64,000 nucleotides of DNA from Macrostomum lignano. Lineage: Eukaryota. The stretch covers positions 1 to 64,000 of the forward strand of contig NIVC01001946.1 in NCBI GenBank assembly GCA_002269645.1, written 5' to 3'. The notes beneath the pieces were generated by a model that was given only the letters and a program-made list of their open reading frames with translations, ran no database searches and was not told the DNA's origin. The number at the start of each line of letters is the position of its first letter. Position 1 is the first letter of the stretch. Both the position numbers and the translations under genes were made by a program. Below are positions 35,529 through 48,614 of the stretch, piece by piece.

Positions 35529-38500
35529 TCAAGCTCGATAAATGTAAACGCTCATGTCGACCTCGTCGCGTCTTAAATAGTCGTTCTGTATCATCCAGTC
35601 TATTTGTTCTTTGATCATCTTGCGGCTTGGCACAAACTGGCGAGCTAGTAGGCGGATTAACTCGCTGCAGAGTTCGGCATTGTGCATCCGCTTGCGAGAC
35701 TTCATTATGGTCACTATGGCCTCCTGGGGGATAGGGCGAAAGTTATTGTGAATACATGTGTGATTTGTGAAGCTGTAGTGAATGTCTGTGTGATTTGTAA
35801 AGCTGTAGTGAATGTCTGTGTGACTTGTGAAGCTGTAGTGAATGCATGTGTGATTTGTGAAGCTGTAGTGAATGCCTGTGTGATTTGTGAAGCTGTAGTG
35901 AATGTCTGTGTGATTTGTGAAGCTGTAGTGAATGTCTGCGTGATTAGTGAAGCTGTAGTGAATGCATGTGTGGTTTGTGATGCTGTAGTGAATGCATGTG
36001 TGGTTTGTGATGCTGTAGTGAATGCATGTGTGATTTGTGAAGCTGTAGTGAATGCATGTGTAATTCGTGAAGCTGTGGTGAATGCATGTGTGGTTTGTGA
36101 TGCTGTAGTGAATGCATGTGTGGTTTGTGATGCTGTAGTGAATGCATGTGTGATTTGTGAAGCTGTAGTGAATGCCTGTGTGATTTGTGAAGCTGTAGTG
36201 AATGCATGTGTGATTTGTGAAGCTGTAGTGAATGCATGTGTGATTTGTGAAGCTGTAGTGAATGCATGTGTGATTTGTGAAGCTGTAGTGAATGCATGTG
36301 TGATTTGTGAAGCTGTAGTGAATGTCTGTGTGATTTGTAAAGCTGTAGTGAATGTCTGTGTGACTTGTGAAGCTGTAGTGAATGCATGTGTGATTTGTGA
36401 AGCTTTAGTGAATGCCTGTGTGATTTGTGAAGCTGTAGTGAATGCATGTGTGATTTGTGAAGCTGTAGTGAATGCATGTGTGATTTGTGAAGCTGTAGTG
36501 AATGCATGTGTGATTTGTGAAGCTGTAGTGAATGCATGTGTGATTTGTGAAGCTGTAGTGAATGTCTGTGTGATTTGTAAAGCTGTAGTGAATGTCTGTG
36601 TGACTTGTGAAGCTGTAGTGAATGCATGTGTGATTTGTGAAGCTTTAGTGAATGCCTGTGTGATTTGTGAAGCTGTAGTGAATGCCTGTGTGATTTGTGA
36701 AGCTGTAGTGAATGTCTGTGTGATTTGTGAAGCTGTAGCGAATGTCTGTGTGATTTGTGAAGCTGTAGTGAATGTCTGTGTGATTTGTGAAGCTGTAGTG
36801 AATGCCTGTGTGATTTGTGACTGCAGAGTGACAATGAAGAGTGAAAACGGCAGAGTGACAAACTGCAGGGACAGTGAAGAGTGACAAACTGCAGAGTGAC
36901 TAAAGAGTGACAAACTGCAGTGACAGTGAAGAGTGACAAACTGCAGTGACAGTGAAGAGTGACAAACTGCAGTGACAGTAAAGAGTGACAAACTGCAGTG
37001 ACAGTGAAGAGTGACAAACTGCAGTGACAGTGAATAGTGACAAACTGCAGAGACAGTGAAGAGTGACAAACTGCAGTGTGGCAGTAAAGAAGTGAAGAGT
37101 GAAAATGTGACAGTGAAAAATCATGTTTGTGAACAGCCAATAACAGAGCAAAGTCTTATTGTTACCTGCACCCGAAGCACGCGCAGGTGAACAATCTCTT
37201 CATTCTCTTCTTCGCGCACTTTCTCAGTCTGCAGCTGTAGCCGGCCAATCAAATTGAGCTTGCCGCGCTTCTGTACTTTTTTGTTTTTGCTGAAAATAAT
37301 TTATAATGCATAATATTGTGTGTATTGTAGATCTGGCTTTGCACATGGCAGTCGTTGAATATATTAGTCAATCTAGTCATGATCCTCTAAGCCACTGAAG
37401 TACAGGTAGCATTGGTAGAGGTACTTTAACCACATCTACAGTTCATTCACCATTTTACAACTGAAGTACAGGTAGCATTGGTAGAGGTACTTTAACCACA
37501 TCTACAGTTCATTCACCATTTTACAAGTCTATCTACCGATCCTGCTAATAATTTAGTTTCCCTACCTTTAAATAAATTTTACCCTAACCTTCTCACCCAC
37601 CCTAACTTTGCCCTACTTTATCTCTGAACCAAAGGTACCTTTATCTTACCCCAACCCTACCTAACCTAGTCTACCTACCCTGCCTTACCCTTATCTCTCT
37701 TATCCTACGTCCTCCATTCCCACTACCGTACCTTCCCTAATCTAACCTTACCCTACCCCCTACCCTACCCTACTCCAAACCTACTCTACTCCAACCTATC
37801 CTTTTCCAACCTACACTACTTCCCTTACCCTACCCTGTCTTTCATTTTTCAACAGAAACTACCTCCCCTACCCCAACCAACCCTACCTCCCCTAGCCCAA
37901 CCAACCCTACCTCCCCTAGCCCAACCAACCCTACCTCCCCTAGCCCAACCAACCCTACCTCCCCTAGCCCAACCAACCCTACCTTCTCTACCCCAACCAA
38001 CCCTACCTCCCCTAGCCCAACCAACCCTACCTTCTCTACCCCAACCAACCCTACCTCCCCTAGCCCAACCAACCCTACCTCCCCTAGCCCAACCAACCCT
38101 ACCTCCCCTACCCCAACCTACCCTAACTTCCCTAAGCCAACTTACACTACCTACCCAAGCTCCCCAACCCCAACCAATTCCCCCCTTAGCAACTCACACA
38201 AGGCAAAAGCCATTATTAAGCCAGAACACGGTGGCCGGATTAAAATCCCTAGCCGAAGACACCTCGGGAGAGTAGCACAGCAGCTGATGGGCCAGTTTAG
38301 GATAGGCCACCAGCGACCAAAGCGTCCGGCGCAGCTCTCCGTCTGGCAGCTCCGTAGCCAGCCGCAGACTTTCAAAGCTAATCCGATCGTGCCGCCGAGA
38401 ATTCCAAGCGTACAACACCGCCATCTGGAAGGTGGTCACGTCGATGTCATATTTACCAACGTCGCTATCAAAGGTCAGAGTGCCATTAGACATTAGATGA

Positions 38501-41500
38501 TTCCAGTGCAGCCTCCGGCCAAGATGCTTCTGCTTGTAGAAATCTTCAACGCGAGGCACAAAATCCTCCAGTTCCCGAGGCAGAGTAACGGCAATACGCT
38601 CCGACGGTCGAAGCCACGAGCCCATGTTGAGTATCTTGATGCCAACAGTCTCGGCCATGGCTTCCTGACTATTATTACGCAACTGCTCCTTGAATTCTTG
38701 ATTAAGATCGCCGGACACTTTCACGTCTTGGAACATCCTAGCCAGCTTGTTGACGTACTCGGCTGGCATGCCGCCCTCTCGAAGCCAGTCGACCATGGCT
38801 TCTTCTTTCTCCGTGTCAGCCGAACTGTCTAGTATCAGGCGCCTTGTCAGGTGGGCCTTGTGATACTTCATAAATACGTCCTTGTTTTGCACGTATTTTA
38901 GCACTAATAGCACGTCTTTTAGGCGCTTCTCCACCTGTGCGGGTAGGTGCGGGGTGTCATTGAGGTGTCAGACGGCGCTTAAGTTTCATGTGGAGCTAAA
39001 ATGTCAGACGGAGCTAACGAGAGTATCAGACGGAGCTAGAATGTCAGACGGATCTAATAAATTTTCAGACAGAGCTAATGAAAGTGTCAGACGGAGCTAA
39101 TGAAAGTGTCAGACGAAACTAATGAAATTGTCAGACAGAGCTAATGAAAGTGTCAGACAGAGCTAATGAAATTGTCAGACGGAGCTAATGAAAGTGTCAG
39201 ACAGAGCTAATGAAAGTGTCAGACGGAGCTAATGAAAGTGTCAGACGAAACTAATGAAATTGTCAGACAGAGCTAATGAAAGTGTCAGACAGAGCTAATG
39301 AAATTGTCAGACGGAGCTAATGAAAGTGTCAGACAGAGCTAATGAAAGTGTCAGACGGAGCTAATGAAAGTGTCAGACAGAGCTAATGAAAGTGTCAGAC
39401 AGAGCTAATGAAAGTGTCAGACGGAGCTAATGAAAGTGTCAGACGAAACTAATGAAAGTGTCAGACAGAGCTAATGAAAGTGTCAGACAGAGCTAATGAA
39501 AGTGTCAGACAGAGCTGAAGTGTCAGACGGAGCTAACTGAAATGTCAGACGGAGCTTAATGAAAGTGTCAGACGAAACTAATTAAAGTGTCAGACGGAGC
39601 TTAATGAAAGTGTCAGACGGAGCTTAATGAAAGTGTCAGACGGAGCTAATGAAAGTGTCAGACGGAGCTAATGAAAGTGTCAGACAGAGCTAATGAAAGT
39701 GTCAGACAGAGCTAATGAAAGTGTCAGACGGAGCTAATGAAAGTGTCAGACAGAGCTGAAGTGTCAGACGGAGCTTTAAAAAGTGTTAATTCACTAAGTT
39801 CAATAACGCTTTAATTTAAACACCTAACGAAGACGTGAATCAAAACAAACCAAACGTTTTACTTACCTCGTCAGACGTAAGCCGCTTACTCAGTGGAGTC
39901 TTCCTCAACAGCATGTCGCAATAGTTAGCCAGCTGCTCCGGACACCTGGACTCCGGCAGGGTTTTACCTCCGGCAGCTTTCTTAGTTGGCAATTCTAATC
40001 GAAACACTGACGTATCGTTAACGATAGCCTCGTAGGCGATATCGCGAGACGTAAGAAACCTCGGATCGTTGCTAAACGCCCGATCTACCAAGCTGCTGAA
40101 CTGCTCGAATAAGTCTAGCAGTTTCTCTACGTACTGCTCAGAGTCTGACAGGATCAGCTGAGCGCTAGCAACCATGTTCTCGAGGCCTTTCTGACGGATG
40201 TGCCGTTCCAGTGCCTCTCGCATCGGTTGGACACCGTCTGGCACGCGGTCCAGAAGGCTGAACATCAGGCGGAGCCGCTCCGTTTGACCTTCGTTTATCA
40301 TCGGCTCGCACTCTTGCAGGATGGCCTCTTTAAAGGCGCTTACCTGCGGGGGAAATTTTAGGAGAAATTGGTTTGGAGGTGACCCTGGAGATACGGAATC
40401 TGCCTCAATGCTAATTGAATCTGCCTCAATGCTAATTGAATCTGCCTCAGTGCTGATTGAATCTGCCTCAATGCTAATTGAATCTGCCTCAATGCTAATT
40501 GAATCTGCCTCAATGCTAATTGAATCTGCCTCAGTACTGATTGAATCTGCCTCAATGATAATTGAATCTGCCTCAGTGCTAATTGAATCTGCCTCAATGC
40601 TAATGGAATCTGCCTCAATGCTAATTGAATCTGCCTCAGTGCTGATTGAATCTGCCTCAGTGCTAATTGAATCTGCCTCAGTGCTGATTGAATCTGCCTC
40701 AATGCTAATTGAATCTGCCTCAATGCTAATTGAATCTGCCTCAGTGCTAATTGAATCTGCCTGTGCTAATTGAATCTGCCTCAATGCTAATTGAATCTGC
40801 CTCAGTGCTGATTGAATCTGCCTCAATGCTAATTGAATCTGCCTCAATGCTAATTGAATCTGCCTCAATGCTAATTGAATCTGCCTCAATGCTAATTGAA
40901 TCTGCCTCAATGCTAATTGAATCTGCCTCAATGCTAATTGAATCTGCCTCAGTGCTAATTGAATCTGCCTCAATGCTAATTGAATCTGCCTCAATGCTAA
41001 TTGAATCTGCCTCAATGCTAATTGAATCTGCCTCAATGCTAATCGAATCTGCCTCAATGCTAATTGAATCTGCCTGTGCTAATTGAATCTGCCTCAATGC
41101 TAATTGAATCTGCCTCAGTGCTAATTGAATCTGCCTCAATGCTAATCGAATCTGCCTCAATGCTAATCGAATCTGCCTCAATGCTAATTGAATCTGCCTC
41201 TGCTAATTTAATCTGCCTCAATGCTAATCGAATCTGCCTCAATGCTAATTGAATCTGCCTGTGCTAATTGAATCTGCTTCAATGCTAATTGAATCTGCCT
41301 GTGCTAATTGAATCTGCCTCAATGCTAATTGAATCTGCCTCAGTGCTAATTGAATCTGCCTCAATGCTAATCGAATCTGCCTCAATGCTAATCGAATCTG
41401 CCTCAGTGCTAATTGAATCTGCCTCAATGCTAATTGAATCTGCCTCAATGCTAATTGAATCTGCCTCTGCTAATTGAATCTGCCTCAATGCTAATTGAAT

Positions 41501-44336
41501 CTGCCTCAGTGCTAATTGAATCTGCCTCAATGCTAATTGAATCTGCCTCAATGCTAATTGAATCTGCCTCAATGCTAATTGAATCTGCCTCAGTGCTAAT
41601 TGAATCTGCCTGTGCTAATTGAATCTGCCTCAATGCTAATTGAATCTGCCTCAGTGCTAATTGAATCTGCCTCAGTGCTAATTGAATCTGCCTCAATGCT
41701 AATCGAATCTGCCTCAATGCTAATCGAATCTGCCTCAGTGCTAATTGAATCTGCCTCAATGCTAATTGAATCTGCCTCAATGCTAATTGAATCTGCCTCA
41801 ATGCTAATTGAATCTGCCTCAGTGCTAATTGAATCTGCCTCAATGCTAATTGAATCTGCCTCAATGCTAATTGAATCTGCCTCAATGCTAATTGAATCTG
41901 CCTCAATGCTAATTGAATCTGCCTCAATGCTAATTGAATCTGCCTCAGTGCTAATTGAATCTGCCTCAATGCTAATTGAATCTGCCTCAATGCTAATTGA
42001 ATCTGCCTCAATGCTAATTGAATCTGCCTCAGTGCTAATTGAATCTGCCTGTGCTAATTGAATCTGCCTCAATGCTAATTGAATCTGCCTCAGTGCTAAT
42101 TGAATCTACCTCAGTGCTAATTGAATCTGCCTCAATGCTAATCGAATCTGCCTCAATGCTAATCGAATCTGCCTCAGTGCTAATTGAATCTGCCTCAATG
42201 CTAATTGAATCTGCCTCAATGCTAATTGAATCTGCCTCAGTGCTAATTGAATCTGCCTCAATGCTAATTGAATCTGCCTCAATGCTAATTGAATCTGCCT
42301 CAATGCTAATTGAATCTGCCTCAATGCTAATTGAATCTGCCTCAATGCTAATCGAATCTGCCTCAATGCTAATTGAATCTGCCTCAGTGCTAATTGAATC
42401 TGCCTCAATGCTAATCGAATCTGCCTCAATGCTAATCGAATCTGCCTCAGTGCTAATTGAATCTGCCTCAATGCTAATTGAATCTGCCTCAATGCTAATT
42501 GAATCTGCCTCAATGCTAATTGAATCTGCCTCAGTGCTAATTGAATCTGCCTCAATGCTAATTGAATCTGCCTCAATGCTAATTGAATCTGCCTCAATGC
42601 TAATTGAATCTGCCTCAATGCTAATCGAATCTGCCTCAATGCTAATCGAATCTGCCTCAATGCTAATTGAATGTGCCTCAATGCTAATCGAATCTGCCTC
42701 AATGCTAATCGAATCTGCCTCAATGCTAATTGAATCTGCCTCAATGTCAATTGAATCTGCCTCAATGCTAATTGAATCTGCCTCAATGTCAATTGAATCT
42801 GCCTCAACACTACTTAAATATGCCTGTCTACTACTTAAATCTGCCTCACAAGTACTTGAGTCTGCCTCATCACTACTTGAGTCTGCTTCGCTTCCCTCTA
42901 TATATTCAGGATTCTAAGAAAGCAGACTCACCAGAACATCCACGCATCTAGCAACCAGCTTAGACACAGAATTGCAGCCTGGCTTGGTCTCCAAATACCG
43001 CTTCGCTCTGTCCTCCTCTTCTTTAAGCTTCTTATCAGCGTACTCCATGTACTCTTGTACGCCTCGCATGTTCAGATGCTGATTGGCTTGAGTCCGGTAG
43101 AAAGTTTCCGTGCTGTCTAAATACGAGCGCTCGAAATTGTCCTCGTAGATACGCAGGCGTTCGTCCGAGCTCGGACTGAGATTAACGTAGCTCTCGCGAA
43201 CTCCAATCACAAGGCCAGCGTCAATGGGCTCGCCGCGGCGTTCCTGCTCCACCAGCTTCATAGCGGAGGCCTGGGGAAGGGGGAGAAGTCGATTTGAATG
43301 AAATTTTTAAAAGAAAATGGATCAAGAAATACAGAATGGATTGCTAATCTAGCCAACGTCATGGATGAAGGAATAGAATGGATTGCTAATCTAGCCAACG
43401 TCATGGATGAAGGAATAGAATGGATTGCTAATCTAGCCAGCATCATGGATGAAGGAATAGAATGGATTGCTAATCTAGCCAACACCATGGATGAAGGAAT
43501 AGAATGGATTGCTAATCTAGCCAACGTCATGGATGAAGGAATAGAATGGATTGCTAATCTAGCCAACGTCATGGATGAAGGAATAGAATGGATTGCTAAT
43601 CTAGCCAACACCATAGATAAAGGCATAGAATGGATTGCTAATCTAGCCAACATCATGGATAAAGGCATAGAGTGGATTGCTAATCTAGCCAACATCATGG
43701 ATAAAGGCATAGAATGGATTGCTAATCTAGCCAACATCATGGATGAAGGAACAGAATGGATTGCTAATCTAGCCAGCATCATGGATAAAGGCATAGAATG
43801 GATTGCTAATCTAGCCAGCATCATGGATAAAGGCATAGAATGGATTGTTAATCTAGCCAACATCATGGTCGTCAATGACTCACCTGCAATCTGTGCTTAA
43901 TATCCATGAAGATATTCTGATTCCAAGCCTTCAACATGATTTTAGTGACATAGCGACTCTCTTTAGCCGACTTTTTAGACGGTCCAGTGTGCATCTTGAC
44001 ACCTAAAGTGCTTTCCACTTGGCTAAACGGCTTAGGCAGGTACTCGCATAGAGTGAAGAACTTCTTCCATTCAACTATGTAGGCCTTCAAAAGGGCGCTA
44101 TCTTCTTGGTGCTGCATAACTCGCCTCTCAGCATCTTTAACATAGCCAGTGATAACCTCATCTAAAGCAGTGATAAGCTTCTGTGGGCCGCTCTCGTCCC
44201 AGACGCTGATATTGTGCACAGCAGCAAACAGGTCGTGCCATTCTGCTTTGCTAACATTCTGCTGATAAAGCAACTTCTGAAGTGTGCCATGAACTGCTGG
44301 CCACTTGCTTTCAAACGATGTGTCAGCTTTTTGCAT
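35529..44336 (-). CDS. CUL5: Cullin-5, 6 exons, 774 aa
   Basis: Exons 44336-43884, 43270-42932, 40343-39867, 38934-38198, 37289-37166, 35723-35529; GT-AG, phases consistent (2325 nt). Motifs ALLKAYIVEW, LVIGVRESYVNL, SRCPEQLANYCDMLLRKTPLSK, VLKYVQNKDVF, QKRGKLNLIGRLQL and IMKSRK (neddylation Lys) match CUL5. Confidence 0.97.
35740..37110. repeat. 30-bp (~36 copies) plus ~26-bp minisatellites filling CUL5 intron 5
   Basis: gtgatttgtgaagctgtagtgaatgcatgt at 35740-36820, then gtgacaaactgcagtgacagtgaaga to ~37110. Confidence 0.95.
37390..38150. repeat. Repeats in CUL5 intron 4: ~73-bp direct duplication and a 24-bp C-rich minisatellite
   Basis: Duplication at ~37393-37526 (actgaagtacaggtagcattggtagagg...). 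ccaaccaaccctacctcccctagc occurs about 11 times at ~37868-38130. Confidence 0.88.
38965..39780. repeat. 22-bp minisatellite filling CUL5 intron 3
   Basis: Unit gtgtcagacggagctaatgaaa, about 36 copies. Confidence 0.95.
40391..42810. repeat. 21-bp minisatellite (more than 100 copies) filling CUL5 intron 2
   Basis: Unit gaatctgcctcaatgctaatt with scattered shorter variants (gaatctgcctgtgctaatt). It explains the IEADSIS / RQIQLAL / MLIESAS ORFs. Confidence 0.97.
43334..43868. repeat. 42-bp minisatellite (~13 copies) filling CUL5 intron 1
   Basis: Unit gaatggattgctaatctagccaacatcatggatgaaggaata; gaatgg recurs at 43334, 43376 and onward. Confidence 0.95.
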
Positions 44337-46055
44337 GTTTCACTTGGTCTATTGTTGAGAGTCGGGCACTGTTTTCTTTATTATAGTTCTATTGTTAACA
44401 ATATGCAAGCATGAATGTTATTAACAATTTTATTGTTCAAATCTATGATGCCAAAGTGAAAATCAATATCTCTACCTCTCTGGCCAATAGAAGTTGTTTG
44501 CTGTCTGCAGGCTCCATGTTTTATAGATTTAGACATATTTAAATTCTAAAAATCCTAATAATTCTAAACTTATTCATACTTCAAAAATGAATTGTAAAAG
44601 ATGAATTGTAAAATATATTAGAACTTAAATAAAAATGGTATCCAAAAAAGAAAAAATAGGGTGCTAGTTTGGCATTAGGCATTCAAATCCAAGATGCCTT
44701 AATTAAAATTGATTTGTTATGACTAGAAGTAATTAGCATCGAAATCATGATTTTTAACTGCTAATTGGAAAAAATTGGAATCCCTATTGTACCTTATCTC
44801 TAAAAATTATATTGCCAACCTTTTCACATAAGCTATAGTCATAGTCATGACATTTTTAATGATACAAAATCTAGCTAATGATAATTAATTCACTTGTGAT
44901 CTTTTTTGACATGAAGTATTGGTTAGAAATGCACCTGGTTAACACACTATTGCTATTTATAAATTTTTTTGTCTAATTAAAACAAATATTAGAATAGTAT
45001 TTGACTGCATTGTTTTGCATTGCAAATAGGTGAAAATGCTTGTAATTTTGGGAAAATTAGTCAATGGCATTAAATAAGTATTATCAAGATAAGTTATAAA
45101 CTAAAATTAACTGATTTCTTATTTTAATTGCTTGCTTCCTATTGAGAGACGAACGCTTGGCTAGAGGGGGCAATGACCGTAGGCTGCCTATGACCGGGCA
45201 ATGACCTGACGGACCTCCAGCACCAGACTGTCCCGCCCACATGATTAGGAGCTTTGGTAGCGCTTCGTGACCAGAGGGCCAAGGACCCACATGGACCCCA
45301 CCTGTAGCCAAGGTGCAATAGTTGGTCACTCGGTCATGGTATGACCGAGTGGCTGCCACCACTCTATGTGACCTGGCGCACCTGGATCTTTCTACCAGAC
45401 ATCTCGAGGCTAGAGCCCCGCCTGGATTGGTTACCAGGGGATTTAGGCTAACAGGGGAGACGCATGCAGCCGAGTACAGGGACTCTGCTTGGGGCATGAT
45501 CGGGAACTCTGGGCTCAATCCTGGAGGATTTCTCAGCAGGGGATCCTTTGTGGCTGTGAGCGAGGCTGGCTCGCGACTTTGATTACTAAGAGTAGTATGA
45601 GGCGAACATGTACTGTCTCTAGTTTTGATTGCTCAGGGCGAAGGGACGCGTTAGCATGGGGTTGCAACCTTCCTACTGCCATTCTGTGCCAAGACTCGCT
45701 AATCCCTCTACTGCACGCACACGCGGCCCCGCAGCACGCACTCACAGGCGGGCTTTGCACGGGGAGAGGCCATTAGCTTACCCAAACTTCCTTATGCTTT
45801 GCCACCCCGGGAGAAAGGCTTAGCAAGCCATGAGTGAAATGATGGTGAAAGATTGAATAATGATGAAGTTAGTTAATAGTTAATAATTAGGCCCTTAGGC
45901 GAATAATCAGGCGATTAGGCGACTTCACTATTGAGTCAAATACAGCAAAAGATACGGTATCACAATTGGCTCAGCTCTCTAATCAGACAATGGAAAATAG
46001 GCAAACCCCGGATAAGCAAAGGCAATTAGAACACAAATTAGTAACAGGAACTTAC

Positions 46056-46470
46056 CGGCAGCTGCACAGAGAGAGAGAGAGGCGGAGTGACCGCGGGCGG
46101 CTGTAGGCTGCAGTCAGGCAGATGGTGAAGCGGCGATGCGCTGAGGCGACGAGGCGCTGGTGTAGATCAGGCGGAGCTGATGATGCTGGGCGGTGTCAGA
46201 CCGCGGGCCGATAGGCGAGCTCACTTGGGAAGCTGAAGATAACTTAGCGGTAACAGACCGCGGACCGGCAGGGATTCGTCTTATAGACGAATGGGTCAGA
46301 ACTCAATCTGACAGCAAGTCCAAAGAAGGACGAGGAGAGGAAAAGTCTGAGGATTCTCATGCCGAAATCGCTTCCTTTTATAGACCTCACAGCCGCCTCC
46401 TCAAGGTCGTTACCATGGCTCCCTCTCTCTGATTGGCTGCCGGCAGAATGACGTCAGAATGAGTCATGAT
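46056..46470 (-). promoter_or_regulatory. Candidate Pol II promoter and non-coding first exon
   Basis: Minus strand: TGACTCA (46460-46466), TGACGTCA (46449-46456), CAGCCAATCAG (46429-46439), TATAAAAG (46375-46382), then a GC-rich ~300-nt stretch ending in a strong donor CCG|GTAAGT at 46055. Confidence 0.45.
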
Positions 46471-48614
46471 GAGAAGCATGAGACCGGCATAGCAACATGA
46501 GAAATAGGGAAATTGCGCAATCCGGAGGTGGGGTGGGGGGATAATTGGCGCAGCGGGTGGTTGCGAAAGTGTTGCGCAAGCAAACATTGAGAACAATAGG
46601 GCTGGGGTCGAGAACAAAGGAATTGGAAATCGGGGATAATTGGGGAAAACTGAGAACAATGGAAAAGTAAACATTGGAGAAAAGGTGATAATTAGGTGCG
46701 AAAACGAGAACAAAAGAAAGAGAAAATCGGAGGAAATGTGATAATTGGTGGGGGTCGAGAGAACAAAAGAATCAAAAAACTAGAACAATAGAAGCGGAGG
46801 TGGGGTGGGTGTCGCATGAGAAATTTGGGGAGGAGAACAATGGCATGAGAAAAGGTTACGCAAGAGAGGGGGATGAGTCATCGATGAGTCATCGGGGGGA
46901 AGAAGGGGTCACACGACTTGCGTCACCGTTTGGGAGTTTGGGAGGGGATGGGGAGACGGTGAGCACACCAAATACTGTAAGTAGACACAGAGAAGGAGGG
47001 GACAGCGCAGGAAAAGAGTGCAGAGAGAGACAAAAAGAGGGGGAAAGGGAAAGTACAAGAAGAATAGGGTGGAGTGCAGGGGAGATAAGGTAGAGGGGAG
47101 AGTACAGAGAGGGACAGGGAGCTCCGGAAAGGCAGGTGTGGCGGCAGGGGAGACGGAACCAAGGCAGTAGGAGGGGTGCAGCAGAGCGGGAGTCTCCAGG
47201 CCTGGGCGGAGACCTGGCCGAGTCTCGACAGCTCTGTGCAGAGGGTGCACGGGATAGGAGGCACTTTCGAAAAAGTTCCCATGCCCTATCCCGCGACCAG
47301 AGCGTGGTTACATCATAATTGATTTATATTGTACTTTCTTTGCAAACCAAAGTATATAAAAACACAAAATATTAATATAAAGAGGCTATAGAGATTTGTA
47401 AAGATAAAGTTGCAATAAAACCAATTATAGTGTAAGAGCTGTGAATTAAGAGTCAAATTACAAAGTGTATACTATGACATGCATGTGCAGCATATAAAAT
47501 AACTAAGGAGCAATTACATAGCTAGCAAAAGGTTAGAATGACTTACCCAACTGAGGCGGCAGCATGTACAAAGTAAAGTGTGATGAAAATAATAAGACAG
47601 CAACCCCCATCCCTGATAGCACAAATCAAATCAAATCACAAATTAGCACTGGGTTCTTTATAAGCAGAAGGTAAATTTCAGTATATATGTTAAAAGGAAC
47701 TATTGTATATTTATTCTTAAAAGAATTAATTTTGCAAATGCAAACTGTTATAACTTTTATTATATTTGTTTTTTATTTCTAGAAAGGTTGTATATAGAGA
47801 CTTTTACTCTATTAGGTATACACTCTCACACTGCATGCCTATCCTAATACAAAGCCTAATATGTTTTCATTTTCAACAAGACATCAAACAAGACATTCTG
47901 CAGTTTGTAGCAGCTTTATTCTATAGTTTTTGTCTCTTAGATCTAGAATGCAATGCTGTTTGCACCTAAGTTTATAAAACTGCAAAGTCATAAACACTGC
48001 AAATGCAATTAAAATCATGGTTTCCACTAACTCTGAGGCCTAGATAAAATAGGTCACCATGGTTTATAAGCAGTTTAGTTTGCTTAGCTATATAACCTGG
48101 ACATCCAACTGTAGCAATAGGTACATCTCTTCATACATTCCTACTGTCTACCATGAAAGAAAATAATAATGATAATTACTATTAAACTTATAATAAATTT
48201 CTTATCAACAAAGTATAAAGCCTTAAATGGTATTTTTAGCATTATTTATTGATTTTTTCATACTAAAAATCACTATACCCTGTACATATCTTCGTTTTTA
48301 TTGTTATACTTGTAGATATTCTTATTGATTTATTTTTTTATTCATATTTTCTTACTTAGCTTTGATGCAATTATATTTGTGTGCCTTGGTTATATTTCAA
48401 TATTTTGCCCTGCTGATAACATAGATCATCATAGCATTAGTTTTTATGTTCAATATACTTATAGTGTTCCACCATAGCTATAGCTGTAGCTATAGGATCT
48501 TATGGAAATATGGTAAAATAGGTGCATATGGCAACTACAGATATACTGTGGTAATGTAGCTCGCTTTAAAATTAGCAAAAGAGCAAACGCAACACAAACA
48601 TTTAATCTATTTAA

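Noticed and set aside
35682-43900. Periodic ORFs such as CVICEAVVNA, SQITHAFTTA, IEADSIS, RQIQLAL, MLIESAS and EWIANLANVMDEGI (could be mistaken for metal-binding, antifreeze or coiled-coil proteins)
   Set aside because: All lie inside CUL5 introns defined by GT-AG boundaries and conserved flanking exons. They are open in several frames because unit lengths are multiples of 3.
22604-44336. CUL5-HPF1-AGXT as a trans-spliced operon
   Set aside because: Same-strand order is seen, but spacers are 2.3 and 3.5 kb and contain arrays, and I could not identify convincing trans-splice acceptors. It needs spliced-leader read data.
45084-45830. GC-rich block with overlapping short ORFs
   Set aside because: No protein motif or terminal structure identified, so it cannot be classified without a database search.
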